Made by a program: the position numbers and the translations under genes | Shown here: one piece after another, positions 1 through 12,164 of the stretch | How positions within the stretch are numbered: the stretch's first letter is position 1 | Layout of the letters: every line of letters begins with the position of its first letter | Source of the DNA: Malacoraja senta | Taxonomy: Eukaryota | Direction of reading: 5' to 3' | DNA: 64,000 bases | NCBI GenBank assembly: GCA_038087875.1 | Contig: CM075987.1 | Location: 17,362,001-17,426,000, forward strand | The notes under the pieces: generated by a model | The model's database searches: none | What the model saw: the letters and a program-made list of their open reading frames with translations, nothing else | Told to the model about the DNA's origin: nothing

Positions 1-3000
1 AAAATGTGTTGGTTGCTTGCAAAGTGTTTCCCAAGTTGGCTTGGCTTTTAAAGACTTCAGAAAATGTGTTGGTTGCATGCAAAGTGTTTGCCAAGTTGGC
101 TTGGCTTTTAAAGACTTCAGAAAATGTGTTGGTTGCTTGCAAAGCGTTTGCCAAGTTGGCTTGTTTTTTAAAGACTTCAGAAAATGTGTTGGTTGCTTGC
201 TTGCAAAACGTTTGCCAAGTTGGCTTGGCTTTTAAAGACTTCAGTAATTGTGTTGGTTGCTTGCAAAGTGTTTGCCAAGTTGGCTTGGCTTTTAAAGACT
301 CTTCAGAAAATGTGTTGGTTGCTTGCAAAGTGTTTGCCAAGTTGACTTGGCTTTTAAAGACTTTTCAGAAAATGTGTTGGTTGCTTGCAAAGTGTTTCCC
401 AAGTTGGCTTGGCTTTTAAAGACTTCAGAAAATGTGTTGGTTGCTTGCAAAGTGTTTGCCAAGTTGGCTTGGCTTTTAAACACTCTTCGGAAAACGGGTT
501 GGTTGCTTGGAAAGTGTTTTCCAAATTGGCTTGGCTTTTAAAGACGTCAGAAAACGTGTTCGTTGCTTGCAAAGCGTTTGCCATGTTGGCTTGTCTTTTA
601 ACGACTCTTCAGAAAATTTGTTAGTTGCTTCCAAAGTGTTTGCCAAAATGGCTTGGCTTTTAAAGACTTCAGAAAATGGGTTGGTTGCTTGCAAAGTGTT
701 TGCCAAGTTGGCTTGGATTTTAAAGACTCTTCAGAAAATGTGTTGGTTGCTTGCAAAGTGTTTGCCATATTGGCTTGGCTTTTAAAGACTCTTCAGAAAA
801 TGGGTTGGTTGCTTGAAAAGTGTTTGCCAAGTTGGCTTGGCTTTTAAAGACTCTTCAGTAAATGTGTTGGTTGCATGCAAAGTGTTTGCCAAGTTGGCTT
901 GGCTTTTAAAGACTCTTCAGAAAATGTGTTCGTGGCTTGCAAAGCGTTTGGCAAGTTGGCTTGGCTTTTAAAGACTCTTCAGAAAATGTGTTGGTTGCTT
1001 GCAAAGCGTTTGCCAAGTTGGCTTGGCTTTTAAAGACTTCAGAAAATGTGTTGGTTGCTTGCTTGCAAAACGTTTGCCAAGTTGGCTTGGCTTTTAAAGA
1101 TTCTTCAGTAATTGTGTTGGTTGCTTGCAAAGTGTTTGCCAAGTTGGCTTGGCTTTTAAAGACTCTTCAGAAAATGTGTTGGTTGCTTGCAAAGTGTTTG
1201 CCAAGTTGGCTTGGCTTTTAAAAACTTTTCAGAAAATGTGTTGGTTGCTTGCAAAGTGTTTCCCAAGTTGGCTTGGCTTTTAAAGACTTCAGAAAATGTG
1301 TTGGTTGCTTGCAAAGTGTTTGCCAAGTTGGCTTGGCTTTTAAACACTCTTCAGAAAACGGGTTGGTTGCTTGGAAAGTGTTTTCCAAATTGGCTTGGCT
1401 TTTAAAGACTTCAGAAAACGTGTTCGTTGCTTGAAAAGCGTTTGCCTTGTTGGCTTGTCTTTTAACGACTCTTCAGAAAATTTGTTAGTTGCTTCCAAAG
1501 TGTTTGCCAAAATGGCATGGCTTTTAAAGACATCAGAAAATGGGTTGGTTGCTTGCAAAGTGTTTGCCAAGTTGGCTTGGATTTTAAAGACTTCAGAAAA
1601 TGTGTTGGTTGCTTGCAAAGTGTTTGCCATATTGGCTTGGCTTTTAAAGACTCTTCAGAAAATGGGTTGGTTGCTTGCAAAGTGTTTGCCAAGTTGGCTT
1701 GGATTTTAAAGACTTCAGAAAATGTGTTGGTTGCTTGCAAAGTGTTTGCCATATTGGCTTGGCTTTTAAAGACTCTTCAGAAAATGTGTTGGTTGCTTGC
1801 AAAGTGTTTGCCAGATTGGCTTGGCGTTTAAAGACTTCAGAAAATGGGTTGGTTGTTTGCAAAGTATTTGCCAAGTTGGCTTGGCTTTAAAAGACTCTTC
1901 AGAAAATGGGTTGGTTGCTTGCAAAGTGTTTGCCAAGTTGGCTTGGCTTTTAAAGACTCTTCAGTAAATGTGTTGGTTGCATGCAACGTGTTTGCCAAGT
2001 TGGCTTGGCTTTTAAAGACTTCAGAAAATGTGTTGGTTGCTTGCAAAGCGTTTGGCAAGTTGGCTTGCCTTTTAAACACTCTTCAGAAAATGTGTTGGTT
2101 GCTTGCAAAGCGTTTGCCAAGTTGGCTTGGCTTTCAAAGACTTCAGAAAATGTGTTGGTTGCTTGCTTGCAAAGCGTTTGCCAAGTTGGCTTGGCTTTTA
2201 AAGACTCTTCAGTAAATGTGTTGGTTGCTTGCAAAGTGTTTCCCAAGTTGGCTTGGCTTTTAAAGACTTCAGAAAATGTGTTGGTTGCATGCAAAGTGTT
2301 TGCCAAGTTGGCTTGGCTTTTAAAGACTTCAGAAAATGTGTTGGTTGCTTGCAAAGCGTTTGCCAAGTTGGCTTGTTTTTTAAAGACTTCAGAAAATGTG
2401 TTGGTTGCTTGCTTGCAAAACGTTTGCCAAGTTGGCTTGGCTTTTAAAGACTTCAGTAATTGTGTTGGTTGCTTGCAAAGTGTTTGCCAAGTTGGCTTGG
2501 CTTTTAAAGACTCTTCAGAAAATGTGTTGGTTGCTTGCAAAGTGTTTGCCAAGTTGACTTGGCTTTTAAAGACTTTTCAGAAAATGTGTTGGTTGCTTGC
2601 AAAGTGTTTCCCAAGTTGGCTTGGCTTTTAAAGACTTCAGAAAATGTGTTGGTTGCTTGCAAAGTGTTTGCCAAGTTGGCTTGGCTTTTAAACACTCTTC
2701 GGAAAACGGGTTGGTTGCTTGGAAAGTGTTTTCCAAATTGGCTTGGCTTTTAAAGACTTCAGAAAACGTGTTCGTTGCTTGCAAAGCGTGTGCCATGTTG
2801 GCTTGTCTTTTAACGACTCTTCAGAAAATTTGTTAGTTGCTTCCAAAGTGTTTGCCAAAATGGCTTGGCTTTTAAAGACTTCAGAAAATGGGTTGGTTGC
2901 TTGCAAAGTGTTTGCCAAGTTGGCTTGGATTTTAAAGACTCTTCAGAAAATGTGTTGGTTGCTTGCAAAGTGTTTGCCATATTGGCTTGGCTTTTAAAGA

Positions 3001-4440
3001 CTCTTCAGAAAATGGGTTGGTTGCTTGAAAAGTGTTTGCCAAGTTGGCTTGGCTTTTAAAGACTCTTCAGTAAATGTGTTGGTTGCATGCAAAGTGTTTG
3101 CCAAGTTGGCTTGGCTTTTAAAGACTCTTCAGAAAATGTGTTCGTGGCTTGCAAAGCGTTTGGCAAGTTGGCTTGGCTTTTAAAGACTCTTCAGAAAATG
3201 TGTTGGTTGCTTGCAAAGCGTTTGCCAAGTTGGCTTGGCTTTTAAAGACTTCAGAAAATGTGTTGGTTGCTTGCTTGCAAAACGTTTGCCAAGTTGGCTT
3301 GGCTTTTAAAGATTCTTCAGTAATTGTGTTGGTTGCTTGCAAAGTGTTTGCCAAGTTGGCTTGGCTTTTAAAGACTCTTCAGAAAATGTGTTGGTTGCTT
3401 GCAAAGTGTTTGCCAAGTTGGCTTGGCTTTTAAAAACTTTTCAGAAAATGTGTTGGTTGCTTGCAAAGTGTTTCCCAAGTTGGCTTGGCTTTTAAAGACT
3501 TCAGAAAATGTGTTGGTTGCTTGCAAAGTGTTTGCCAAGTTGGCTTGGCTTTTAAACACTCTTCAGAAAACGGGTTGGTTGCTTGGAAAGTGTTTTCCAA
3601 ATTGGCTTGGCTTTTAAAGACTTCAGAAAACGTGTTCGTTGCTTGAAAAGCGTTTGCCTTGTTGGCTTGTCTTTTAACGACTCTTCAGAAAATTTGTTAG
3701 TTGCTTCCAAAGTGTTTGCCAAAATGGCTTGGCTTTTAAAGACATCAGAAAATGGGTTGGTTGCTTGCAAAGTGTTTGCCAAGTTGGCTTGGATTTTAAA
3801 GACTTCAGAAAATGTGTTGGTTGCTTGCAAAGTGTTTGCCATATTGGCTTGGCTTTTAAAGACTCTTCAGAAAATGGGTTGGTTGCTTGCAAAGTGTTTG
3901 CCAAGTTGGCTTGGATTTTAAAGACTTCAGAAAATGTGTTGGTTGCTTGCAAAGTGTTTGCCATATTGGCTTGGCTTTTAAAGACTCTTCAGAAAATGTG
4001 TTGGTTGCTTGCAAAGTGTTTGCCAGATTGGCTTGGCGTTTAAAGACTTCAGAAAATGGGTTGGTTGTTTGCAAAGTATTTGCCAAGTTGGCTTGGCTTT
4101 AAAAGACTCTTCAGAAAATGGGTTGGTTGCTTGCAAAGTGTTTGCCAAGTTGGCTTGGCTTTTAAAGACTCTTCAGTAAATGTGTTGGTTGCATGCAACG
4201 TGTTTGCCAAGTTGGCTTGGCTTTTAAAGACTTCAGAAAATGTGTTGGTTGCTTGCAAAGCGTTTGGCAAGTTGGCTTGCCTTTTAAAGACTCTTCAGAA
4301 AATGTGTTGGTTGCTTGCAAAGCGTTTGCCAAGTTGGCTTGGCTTTCAAAGACTTCAGAAAATGTGTTGGTTGCTTGCTTGCAAAGCGTTTGCCAAGTTG
4401 GCTTGGCTTTTAAAGACTCTTCAGTAAATGTGTTGGTTGC
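1..4440. repeat. Higher-order duplication, period 2212 bp (about 36 monomers, 2 copies)
   Basis: Near-identical ORF-track entries offset by 2212 (17/2229, 906/3118, 1844/4056) with the same order of rare variants. Confidence 0.9.
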
Positions 4441-6825
4441 TTGCAAAGTGTTTGCCAAGTTGGCTTTTAAAGAACCTTCAGAAAATGTCTTGGTTGCTTG
4501 CAAAGCGTCTGCCAAGTTGGCTTGGCTTTTAAAGACACTTCAGAAAATGTGTAGGTTGCTTGCAAAGCATTTGGCAAGTTGCCTTGGCTTTTAAAGACTC
4601 TTCAGAAAATGTGTTGGTTGCTTGCAAAGTGTTTGCCAAGTTAGCTTGGCTTTTAAAGACTCTTCAGAAAATGTGTTGGTTGCTTGCAAAGTGTTTCCCA
4701 AGTTGGCTTGGCTTTTAAAGACTTCAGAAAATGTGTTGGTTGCTTGCAAAGTGTTTGCCATATTGGCTTGGCTTTTAAAGACTCTTCAGAAAATGTGTTG
4801 GTTGCTTGCAAAGTGTTTGCCAGATTGGCTTGGCTTTTAAAGACTTCAGAAAATGGGTTGGTTGCTTGCAAAGTGTTTGCCAAGTTGGCTTGGATTTTAA
4901 AGACTCTTCAGAAAATGTGTTGGTTGCTTGCAAAGTGTTTGCCATATTGGCTTGGCTTTTAAAGACTCTTCAGAAAATGGGTTGGTTGCTTGAAAAGTGT
5001 TTGCCAAGTTGGCTTGGCTTTTAAAGACTCTTCAGTAAATGTGTTGGTTGCATGCAAAGTGTTTGCCAAGTTGGCTTGGCTTTTAAAGACTCTTCAGAAA
5101 ATGTGTTCGTGGCTTGCAAAGCGTTTGGCAAGTTGGCTTGGCTTTTAAAGACTCTTCAGAAAATGTGTTGGTTGCTTGCAAAGCGTTTGCCAAGTTGGCT
5201 TGGCTTTTAAAGACTTCAGAAAATGTGTTGGTTGCTTGCTTGCAAAACGTTTGCCAAGTTGGCTTGGCTTTTAAAGATTCTTCAGTAATTGTGTTGGTTG
5301 CTTGCAAAGTGTTTGCCAAGTTGGCTTGGCTTTTAAAGACTCTTCAGAAAATGTGTTGGTTGCTTGCAAAGTGTTTGCCAAGTTGGCTTGGCTTTTAAAA
5401 ACTTTCCAGAAAATGTGTTGGTTGCTTGCAAAGTGTTTCCCAAGTTGGCTTGGCTTTTAAAGACTTCAGAAAATGTGTTGGTTGCTTGCAAAGTGTTTGC
5501 CAAGTTGGCTTGGCTTTTAAACACTCTTCAGAAAACGGGTTGGTTGCTTGGAAAGTGTTTTCCAAATTGGCTTGGCTTTTAAAGACTTCAGAAAACGTGT
5601 TCGTTGCTTGAAAAGCGTTTGCCTTGTTGGCTTGTCTTTTAACGACTCTTCAGAAAATTTGTTAGTTGCTTCCAAAGTGTTTGCCAAAATGGCTTGGCTT
5701 TTAAAGACATCAGAAAATGGGTTGGTTGCTTGCAAAGTGTTTGCCAAGTTGGCTTGGATTTTAAAGACTTCAGAAAATGTGTTGGTTGCTTGCAAAGTGT
5801 TTGCCATATTGGCTTGGCTTTTAAAGACTCTTCAGAAAATGGGTTGGTTGCTTGCAAAGTGTTTGCCAAGTTGGCTTGGATTTTAAAGACTTCAGAAAAT
5901 GTGTTGGTTGCTTGCAAAGTGTTTGCCATATTGGCTTGGCTTTTAAAGACTCTTCAGAAAATGTGTTGGTTGCTTGCAAAGTGTTTGCCAGATTGGCTTG
6001 GCGTTTAAAGACTTCAGAAAATGGGTTGGTTGTTTGCAAAGTATTTGCCAAGTTGGCTTGGCTTTAAAAGACTCTTCAGAAAATGGGTTGGTTGCTTGCA
6101 AAGTGTTTGCCAAGTTGGCTTGGCTTTTAAAGACTCTTCAGTAAATGTGTTGGTTGCATGCAACGTGTTTGCCAAGTTGGCTTGGCTTTTAAAGACTTCA
6201 GAAAATGTGTTGGTTGCTTGCAAAGCGTTTGGCAAGTTGGCTTGCCTTTTAAAGACTCTTCAGAAAATGTGTTGGTTGCTTGCAAAGCGTTTGCCAAGTT
6301 GGCTTGGCTTTCAAAGACTTCAGAAAATGTGTTGGTTGCTTGCTTGCAAAGCGTTTGCCAAGTTGGCTTGGCTTTTAAAGACTCTTCAGTAAATGTGTTG
6401 GTTGCTTGCAAAGTGTTTGCCAAGTTGGCTTTTAAAGAACCTTCAGAAAATGTCTTGGTTGCTTGCAAAGCGTCTGCCAAGTTGGCTTGGCTTTTAAAGA
6501 CACTTCAGAAAATGTGTAGGTTGCTTGCAAAGCATTTGGCAAGTTGCCTTGGCTTTTAAAGACTCTTCAGAAAATGTGTTGGTTGCTTGCAAAGTGTTTG
6601 CCAAGTTAGCTTGGCTTTTAAAGACTCTTCAGAAAATGTGTTGGTTGCTTGCAAAGTGTTTCCCAAGTTGGCTTGGCTTTTAAAGACTTCAGAAAATGTG
6701 TTGGTTGCTTGCAAAGTGTTTGCCATATTGGCTTGGCTTTTAAAGACTCTTCAGAAAATGTGTTGGTTGCTTGCAAAGTGTTTGCCAGATTGGCTTGGCT
6801 TTTAAAGACTTCAGAAAATGGGTTG
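2880..6825. repeat. Higher-order duplication, period 1965 bp (about 32 monomers, 2 copies), overlapping the 2212-bp repeat
   Basis: Offsets of 1965 (3118/5083, 4162/6127, 4622/6587). Confidence 0.9.
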
Positions 6826-9800
6826 GTTGTTTGCAAAGTATTTGCCAAGTTGGCTTGGCTTTTAAAGACTCTTCAGAAAATGGGTTGGTTGCTTGCAAAG
6901 TGTTTGCCAAGTTGGCTTGGCTTTTAAAGACTCTTCAGTAAATGTGTTGGTTGCATGCAAAGTGTTTGCCAAGTTGGCTTGGCTTTTAAATACTTCAGAA
7001 AATGTGTTGGTTGCTTGCAAAGCGTTTGGCAAGTTGGCTTGGCTTTTAAAGACTCTTCAGAAAATGTGTTGGATGCTTGCAAAGCGTTTGTCAATTTGGC
7101 TTGGCTTTTAAAGACTTCAGAAAATGTGTTGGTTGCTTGCTTGCAAAGCGTTTGCCAAGTTGTCTTGGCTTTTAAAGACTCTTCAGTAAATGTGTTGGTT
7201 GCTTGCAAAGTGTTTGCCAAGTTGGCTTTTAAAGAACCTTCATAAAATGTCTTGGTTGCTTGCAAAGCGTCTGCCAAGTTGGCTTGGCTTTTAAAGACAC
7301 TTCAGAAAATGTGTAGGTTGCTTGCAAAGCATTTGGCAAGTTGGCTTGGCTTTTAAAGACTCTTCAGAAAATGTGTTGGTTGCTTGCAAAGTGTTTGCCA
7401 AGTTGGCTTGGCTTTTAAAGACTCTTCAGAAAATGTGTTGGTTGCTTGCAAAGTGTTTCCCAAGTTGGCTTGGCTTTTAAAGACTTCAGAAATTGTGTTG
7501 GTTGCTTGCAAAGTGTTTGCCATGGTGGCTTGGCTTTTAAAGACTCTTCAGAAAACGGGTTGGTTGCTTGGAAAGTGTTTTCCAAATTGGTTTGGCTTTT
7601 AAAGACTCTTCAGAAAACGTGTTGGTTGCCTGGAAATTGTTTGTCAAGGTGGCTTGGCTTTTAAAGACTCTTCAGAAAACGTGTTGGTTGCTTGCAATGT
7701 GTTTTCCAAGTTGGCTTGGCTTTCAAAGACTCTTCAGAAAATGTGTTGGTTGTTTGCAAAGTGTTTGCCAATTTGGCTTGGCTTTTAAAGACTCTTCAGT
7801 AAATGTGTGGGTTGCTTGCAAAGTGTTTGCCAAATTGGCTTGGCTTTTAAAGACTCTTCAGAAAATGGATTGGTTGTTTGAAATGTGTTTGCCAAGTTGG
7901 CTTGGCTTTTAAAGACTCTTCAGAAAATGTATTGGTTGCTTGCAAAGCGTTTGCCAAGTTGGCTTGGCTTTTAAAGACTTCAGAAAATGTGTTGGTTGCT
8001 TGCAAAGTGTTTGCCAAGTTGGCTTGGCTTTCAAAGACTCTTCAGAAAACGGGTTGGTTGCTTGGAAAGTGTTTTCCAAATTGGCTTGGCTTTTAAATAC
8101 TTCAGAAAACGTGTTCGTTGCTTGCAAAGCGTTTGCCATGTTGGCTTGTCTTTTAACGACTCTTCAGAAAATGTGTTGGTTGCTTGCTTGCAAAGCGCTT
8201 GCCAAGTTGGCTTGGCTTTTAAAGACTCTTCAGTAAATGTGTTGGTTGCTTGCAAAGTGTTTGCCAAGTTGGCTTTTAAAGAACCTTCAGAAAATGTCTT
8301 GGTTGCTTGCAAGGCGTTTGCCAAGTTGTCTTGGCTTTTAAAGACTCTTCAGAAAGTGTCTTGGTTGCTTGCCAAGCGTCTGTCAAGTTGGCTTGGCTTT
8401 TAAAGACACTTCAGAAAATGTGTTGGTTGCTTGCAAAGCATTTGGCAAGTTGGCTTGGCTTTTAAAGACTCTTCAGAAAACGTGTTGGTTGCTTGCAAAT
8501 TGTTTGTCAAGGTGGCTTGGCTTTTAAAGACTCTTCAGAAAACGTGTTGGTTGCTTGCAATGTGTTTTCGAAGTTGGCTTGGGTTTTAAAGACTCTTCAG
8601 AAAATGTGTTGGTTGTTTGCAAAGTGTTTGCCAAGTTGGCTTGGCTTTTAAAGACTCTTCAGTAAATGTGTTGGTTGCTTGTAAAATGTTTGCCAAGTTG
8701 GCTTGGCTTTTGAAGACTCTTCAGAATATGGGTCGGTTGCTTGCAAAGTGTTTGCTAAATTCGCTTGGCTTTTAAAGACTTCAGAAAATGTGTGGGTTGC
8801 TTGCAAAGCGTTTGGCAAGTTGGCTTGTCTTTTAAAGACTTCAGTAAATGTGTGGGTTGCTTGCAAAGTGTTTGCCGAATTGGCTTGGCTTTTAAAGACT
8901 CTTCAGAACATGGATTGGTTGCTTGTAAAGTGTTTGCCAAGTTGGCTTGACTTGTAAAGACTCTTCAGAAAACGTGTTGGTTACTTGCAAAGCGTTTGCC
9001 AAGATGGCTTGGCTTTTAAAGTCTCTTCAGAAAATCTGTTGGTTGCTTGCAAAGCGTTTGCCAAGTTGGCTTTTAAAGAACCTTCAGAAAATGTGTTGGT
9101 TGCTTGCAAAGCATTTGGCAAGTTGGCATGGCTTTTAAAGACTCTTCAGAAAACGGGTTGGTTGCTTGCAAAGTGTTTTCCAAATTGGCTTGGCTTTTAA
9201 AGACTTCAGAAAACGTGTTCGTTGCTTGCAAAGCGTTTGCCAAGTTGGCTTGGCTTTTAAAGACTCTTCAGAAAATGTGTTGGTTGCTTAAAAAGTGTTT
9301 GCCAAATTGGCTTGGCTTTTAAAGACTTCTGAAAATGGGTTGGTTGCTTGCAAAATGTTTGCCAAGTTGGCTTGGCTTTTACAGACTTCATAAAATAGGT
9401 TGGTTGCTTGCAAAGTGTTTGCCAATTTGGCTTGACATAAAGACTCTTCAGAAAATGTGTTGGTTGCTTCCAAAGTGTTTGCCATATTGGCTTGGCTTTT
9501 AAAGACTTCAGAAAATGGGTTGGTTGTTTGTAAAGCGTTTGCCAAGTTGGCTTGGCTTTTAAAGACCCTTCAGAAAATGTGTTGGTTGCTTGCAAAGTGT
9601 TTGCCAAGTTTGCTTGGCTTTTACAGACTCTTCAGTAAATGTGTTGGTTGCTTGCAAAGTGTTTGCCAAGTTGGCTTGGCTTTTAAAGACTTCAGAAAAT
9701 GTGTGGGTTGCTTGCAAAGCGTTTGCCAAGTTGGATTGGCTTTTAAAGACCCTTCAGAAAATGTGTTAGTTGCTTGCAATGCGTTTGGCAAGTTGGCTTG

Positions 9801-12164
9801 GCTTTTAAAGTGTCTTCGGAAAATGTGTTGGTTGCTTGCAAAGCGTTTGCCAAGTTGTCTTGGCTTTAAGAGACTCTTCAATAAATGTCTTGGTTGCTTG
9901 CAAAGCGTTTGCCAAGTTGCCTTTGCTTTTAAAGACTCTTCAGAAAATGTCTTGGTTGCTTGCAAAGCGTTTGCCAAGTTGTCATGGCTTCTAAAGACTT
10001 CAGAAAATGTGTTGGTTGCTCGCAAAGTGTTTGGCAAGTTGGCTTGGCTTTTAAAGACTCTTGAGATAATGTGTTGGTTGCTTGCAAAGTGTTTGCCAAG
10101 TTGGCTTGGCTTTTAAAGACTTGAGAAAATGTGTTGGTTGCTTGGAAAGCGTTTGCCAAGTTGGCTTGGCTTTCAAAGACTCTTCAGAACATGTGTTGGT
10201 TGCTTGCAAAGCGTTAGCCAAGTCGGCTTGGCTTTTAAAGACTCTTCAGAAAATGTGGTGGTTGCTTGCAAAGCGTTTGCCAAGTTGGCTTGGCTTTTAA
10301 AGACTCTTCAGAAAATGTGTTGGTTGCTTGCAAAGCGTTTGGCAAGTTGGCTTGGCTTTTAAAGACTCTTCAGAAAATGTGTTGGTTGCTTGCAAAGCGT
10401 TTGCCAAGTTGGTTTGGCTTTTAAAGTCTTCAGAAAATGTGTTGGTTGCTTGCAAAGCGTTTGCCAAGTTGGCTTGGCTTTTAAAGACTTCAGAAAATGT
10501 GTTGGTTGCTTGCTTGCAAAGCGTTTCCCAAGTTGGCTTGGCTTTTAAAGACTCTTCAGAGAATGTGTTGGTTGCTTGCAAAGTGTTTGCCAATTTGGCT
10601 TGGCTTTTAAAGACCTCTGAAAATGGGTTGGTTGCTTGCAAAGTGTTTGCCAAGTTGGCTTGGCTTTTAATGACTCTTCAGAAAATGTGTTGGTTGCTTG
10701 CAAAGTGTTTGCCATATTGGCTTGGCTTTTAAAGACTCTTCAGAAAATGGGTTGGTTGCTTGCAAAGTGTTTGCCAAGTTGGCTTGGATTTTAAAGACTC
10801 TTCAGAAAATGTGTTGGTTGCTTGCAAAGTGTTTGCCATATTGGCTTGCCTTTTAAAGACTCTTCAGATAATGTGTTGGTTGCTTGCAAAGTGTTTGCCA
10901 GATTGGCTTGGCTTTTAAAGACTTCAGAAAATGGGTTGGTTGTTTGCAAAGTATTTGCCAAGTTGGCTTGGCTTTTAAAGACTCTTCAGAAAATGGGTTG
11001 GTTGCTTGCAAAGTGTTTGCAAAGTTGGCTTGGCTTTTAAAGACTCTTCAGTAAATGTGTTGGTTGCATGCAAAGTGTTTGCCAAGTTGGATTGGCTTTT
11101 AAAGACTTCAGAAAATGTGTTGGTTGCTTGCAAAGCGTTTGGCAAGTTGGCGTGGCTTTTAAAGACTCTTCAGTAAATGTGTTGGTTGCTTGCAAAGTGT
11201 TTGCCAAGTTGGCTTTTAAAGAACCTTCAGAAAATGTCTTGGTTGCTTGCAAAGCGTCTGCCAAGTTGGCTTGGCTTTTAAAGACACTTCAGAAAATGTG
11301 TAGGTTGCTTGCAAAGCATTTGGCAAGCTGGCTTGGCTTTTAAAGACTCTTCAGAAAATGTGTTGGTTGCTTGCAAAGTGTTTGCCAAGTTGGCTTGGAT
11401 TTTAAAGACTCTTCAGAAAATGTGTTGGTTGCTTGCAAAGTGTTTCCCAAGTTGGCTTGGCTTTTAAAGACTTCAGAAAATATGTTGGTTGCTTGCAAAG
11501 TGTTTGCCATGTTGGCTTGGCTTTTAAAGACTCTTCAGAAAACGGGTTGGTTGCTTGGAAAGTGTTTTCCAAATTGGCTTGGCTTTTAAAGACTCTTCAG
11601 AAAACGTGTTGGTTGCTTGGAAATTGTTTGTCAAGGTGGCTTGGATTTCAAAGACTCTTCAGAAAATGTGTTGGTTGCTTGCAAAGTGTTTGCCAAGTTG
11701 GCTCGGCTTTTAAAGACTCTTCAGTAAATGTGTTGGTTGCATGCAAAGTGTTTGCCAAGTTGGCTTGGCTTTTAAAGACTTCAGAAAATGTGTTGGTTGC
11801 TTGCAAAGCGTTTGGCAAGTTGGCTTGGCTTTTAAAGACTCTTCAGAAAATGTGTTGGTTGCTTGCAAAGCGTTTGCCAAGTTGGCTTGGCTTTTAAAGA
11901 CTTCAGAAAATGTGTTGGTTGCTTGCTTGCAAAGCGTTTGCCAAGTTGGCTTGGCTTTTAAAGACTCTTCAGTAAATGTGTTGGTTGCTTGCAAAGTGTC
12001 TGCCAAGTTGGCTTGGGTTTTAAAGACACTTCAGAAAATGTGTAGGTTGCTTGCAAAGCATTTGGCAAGTTGGCTTGGCTTTTAAAGACTCTTCAGAAAA
12101 TGTGTTGGTTGCTTGCAATGTGTTTGCCAAGTTGGCTTGGCTTTTAAAGACTCTTCAGAAAATG

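Noticed and set aside
298..310. CTGAAGA on the minus strand of every 62-bp monomer (TCTTCAG), as if the satellite itself were a hammerhead
   Set aside because: The consensus has GCAAAC rather than GAAAC downstream. Variants that do give GAAAC lack a convincing stem II, stem III/UH site and stem I.
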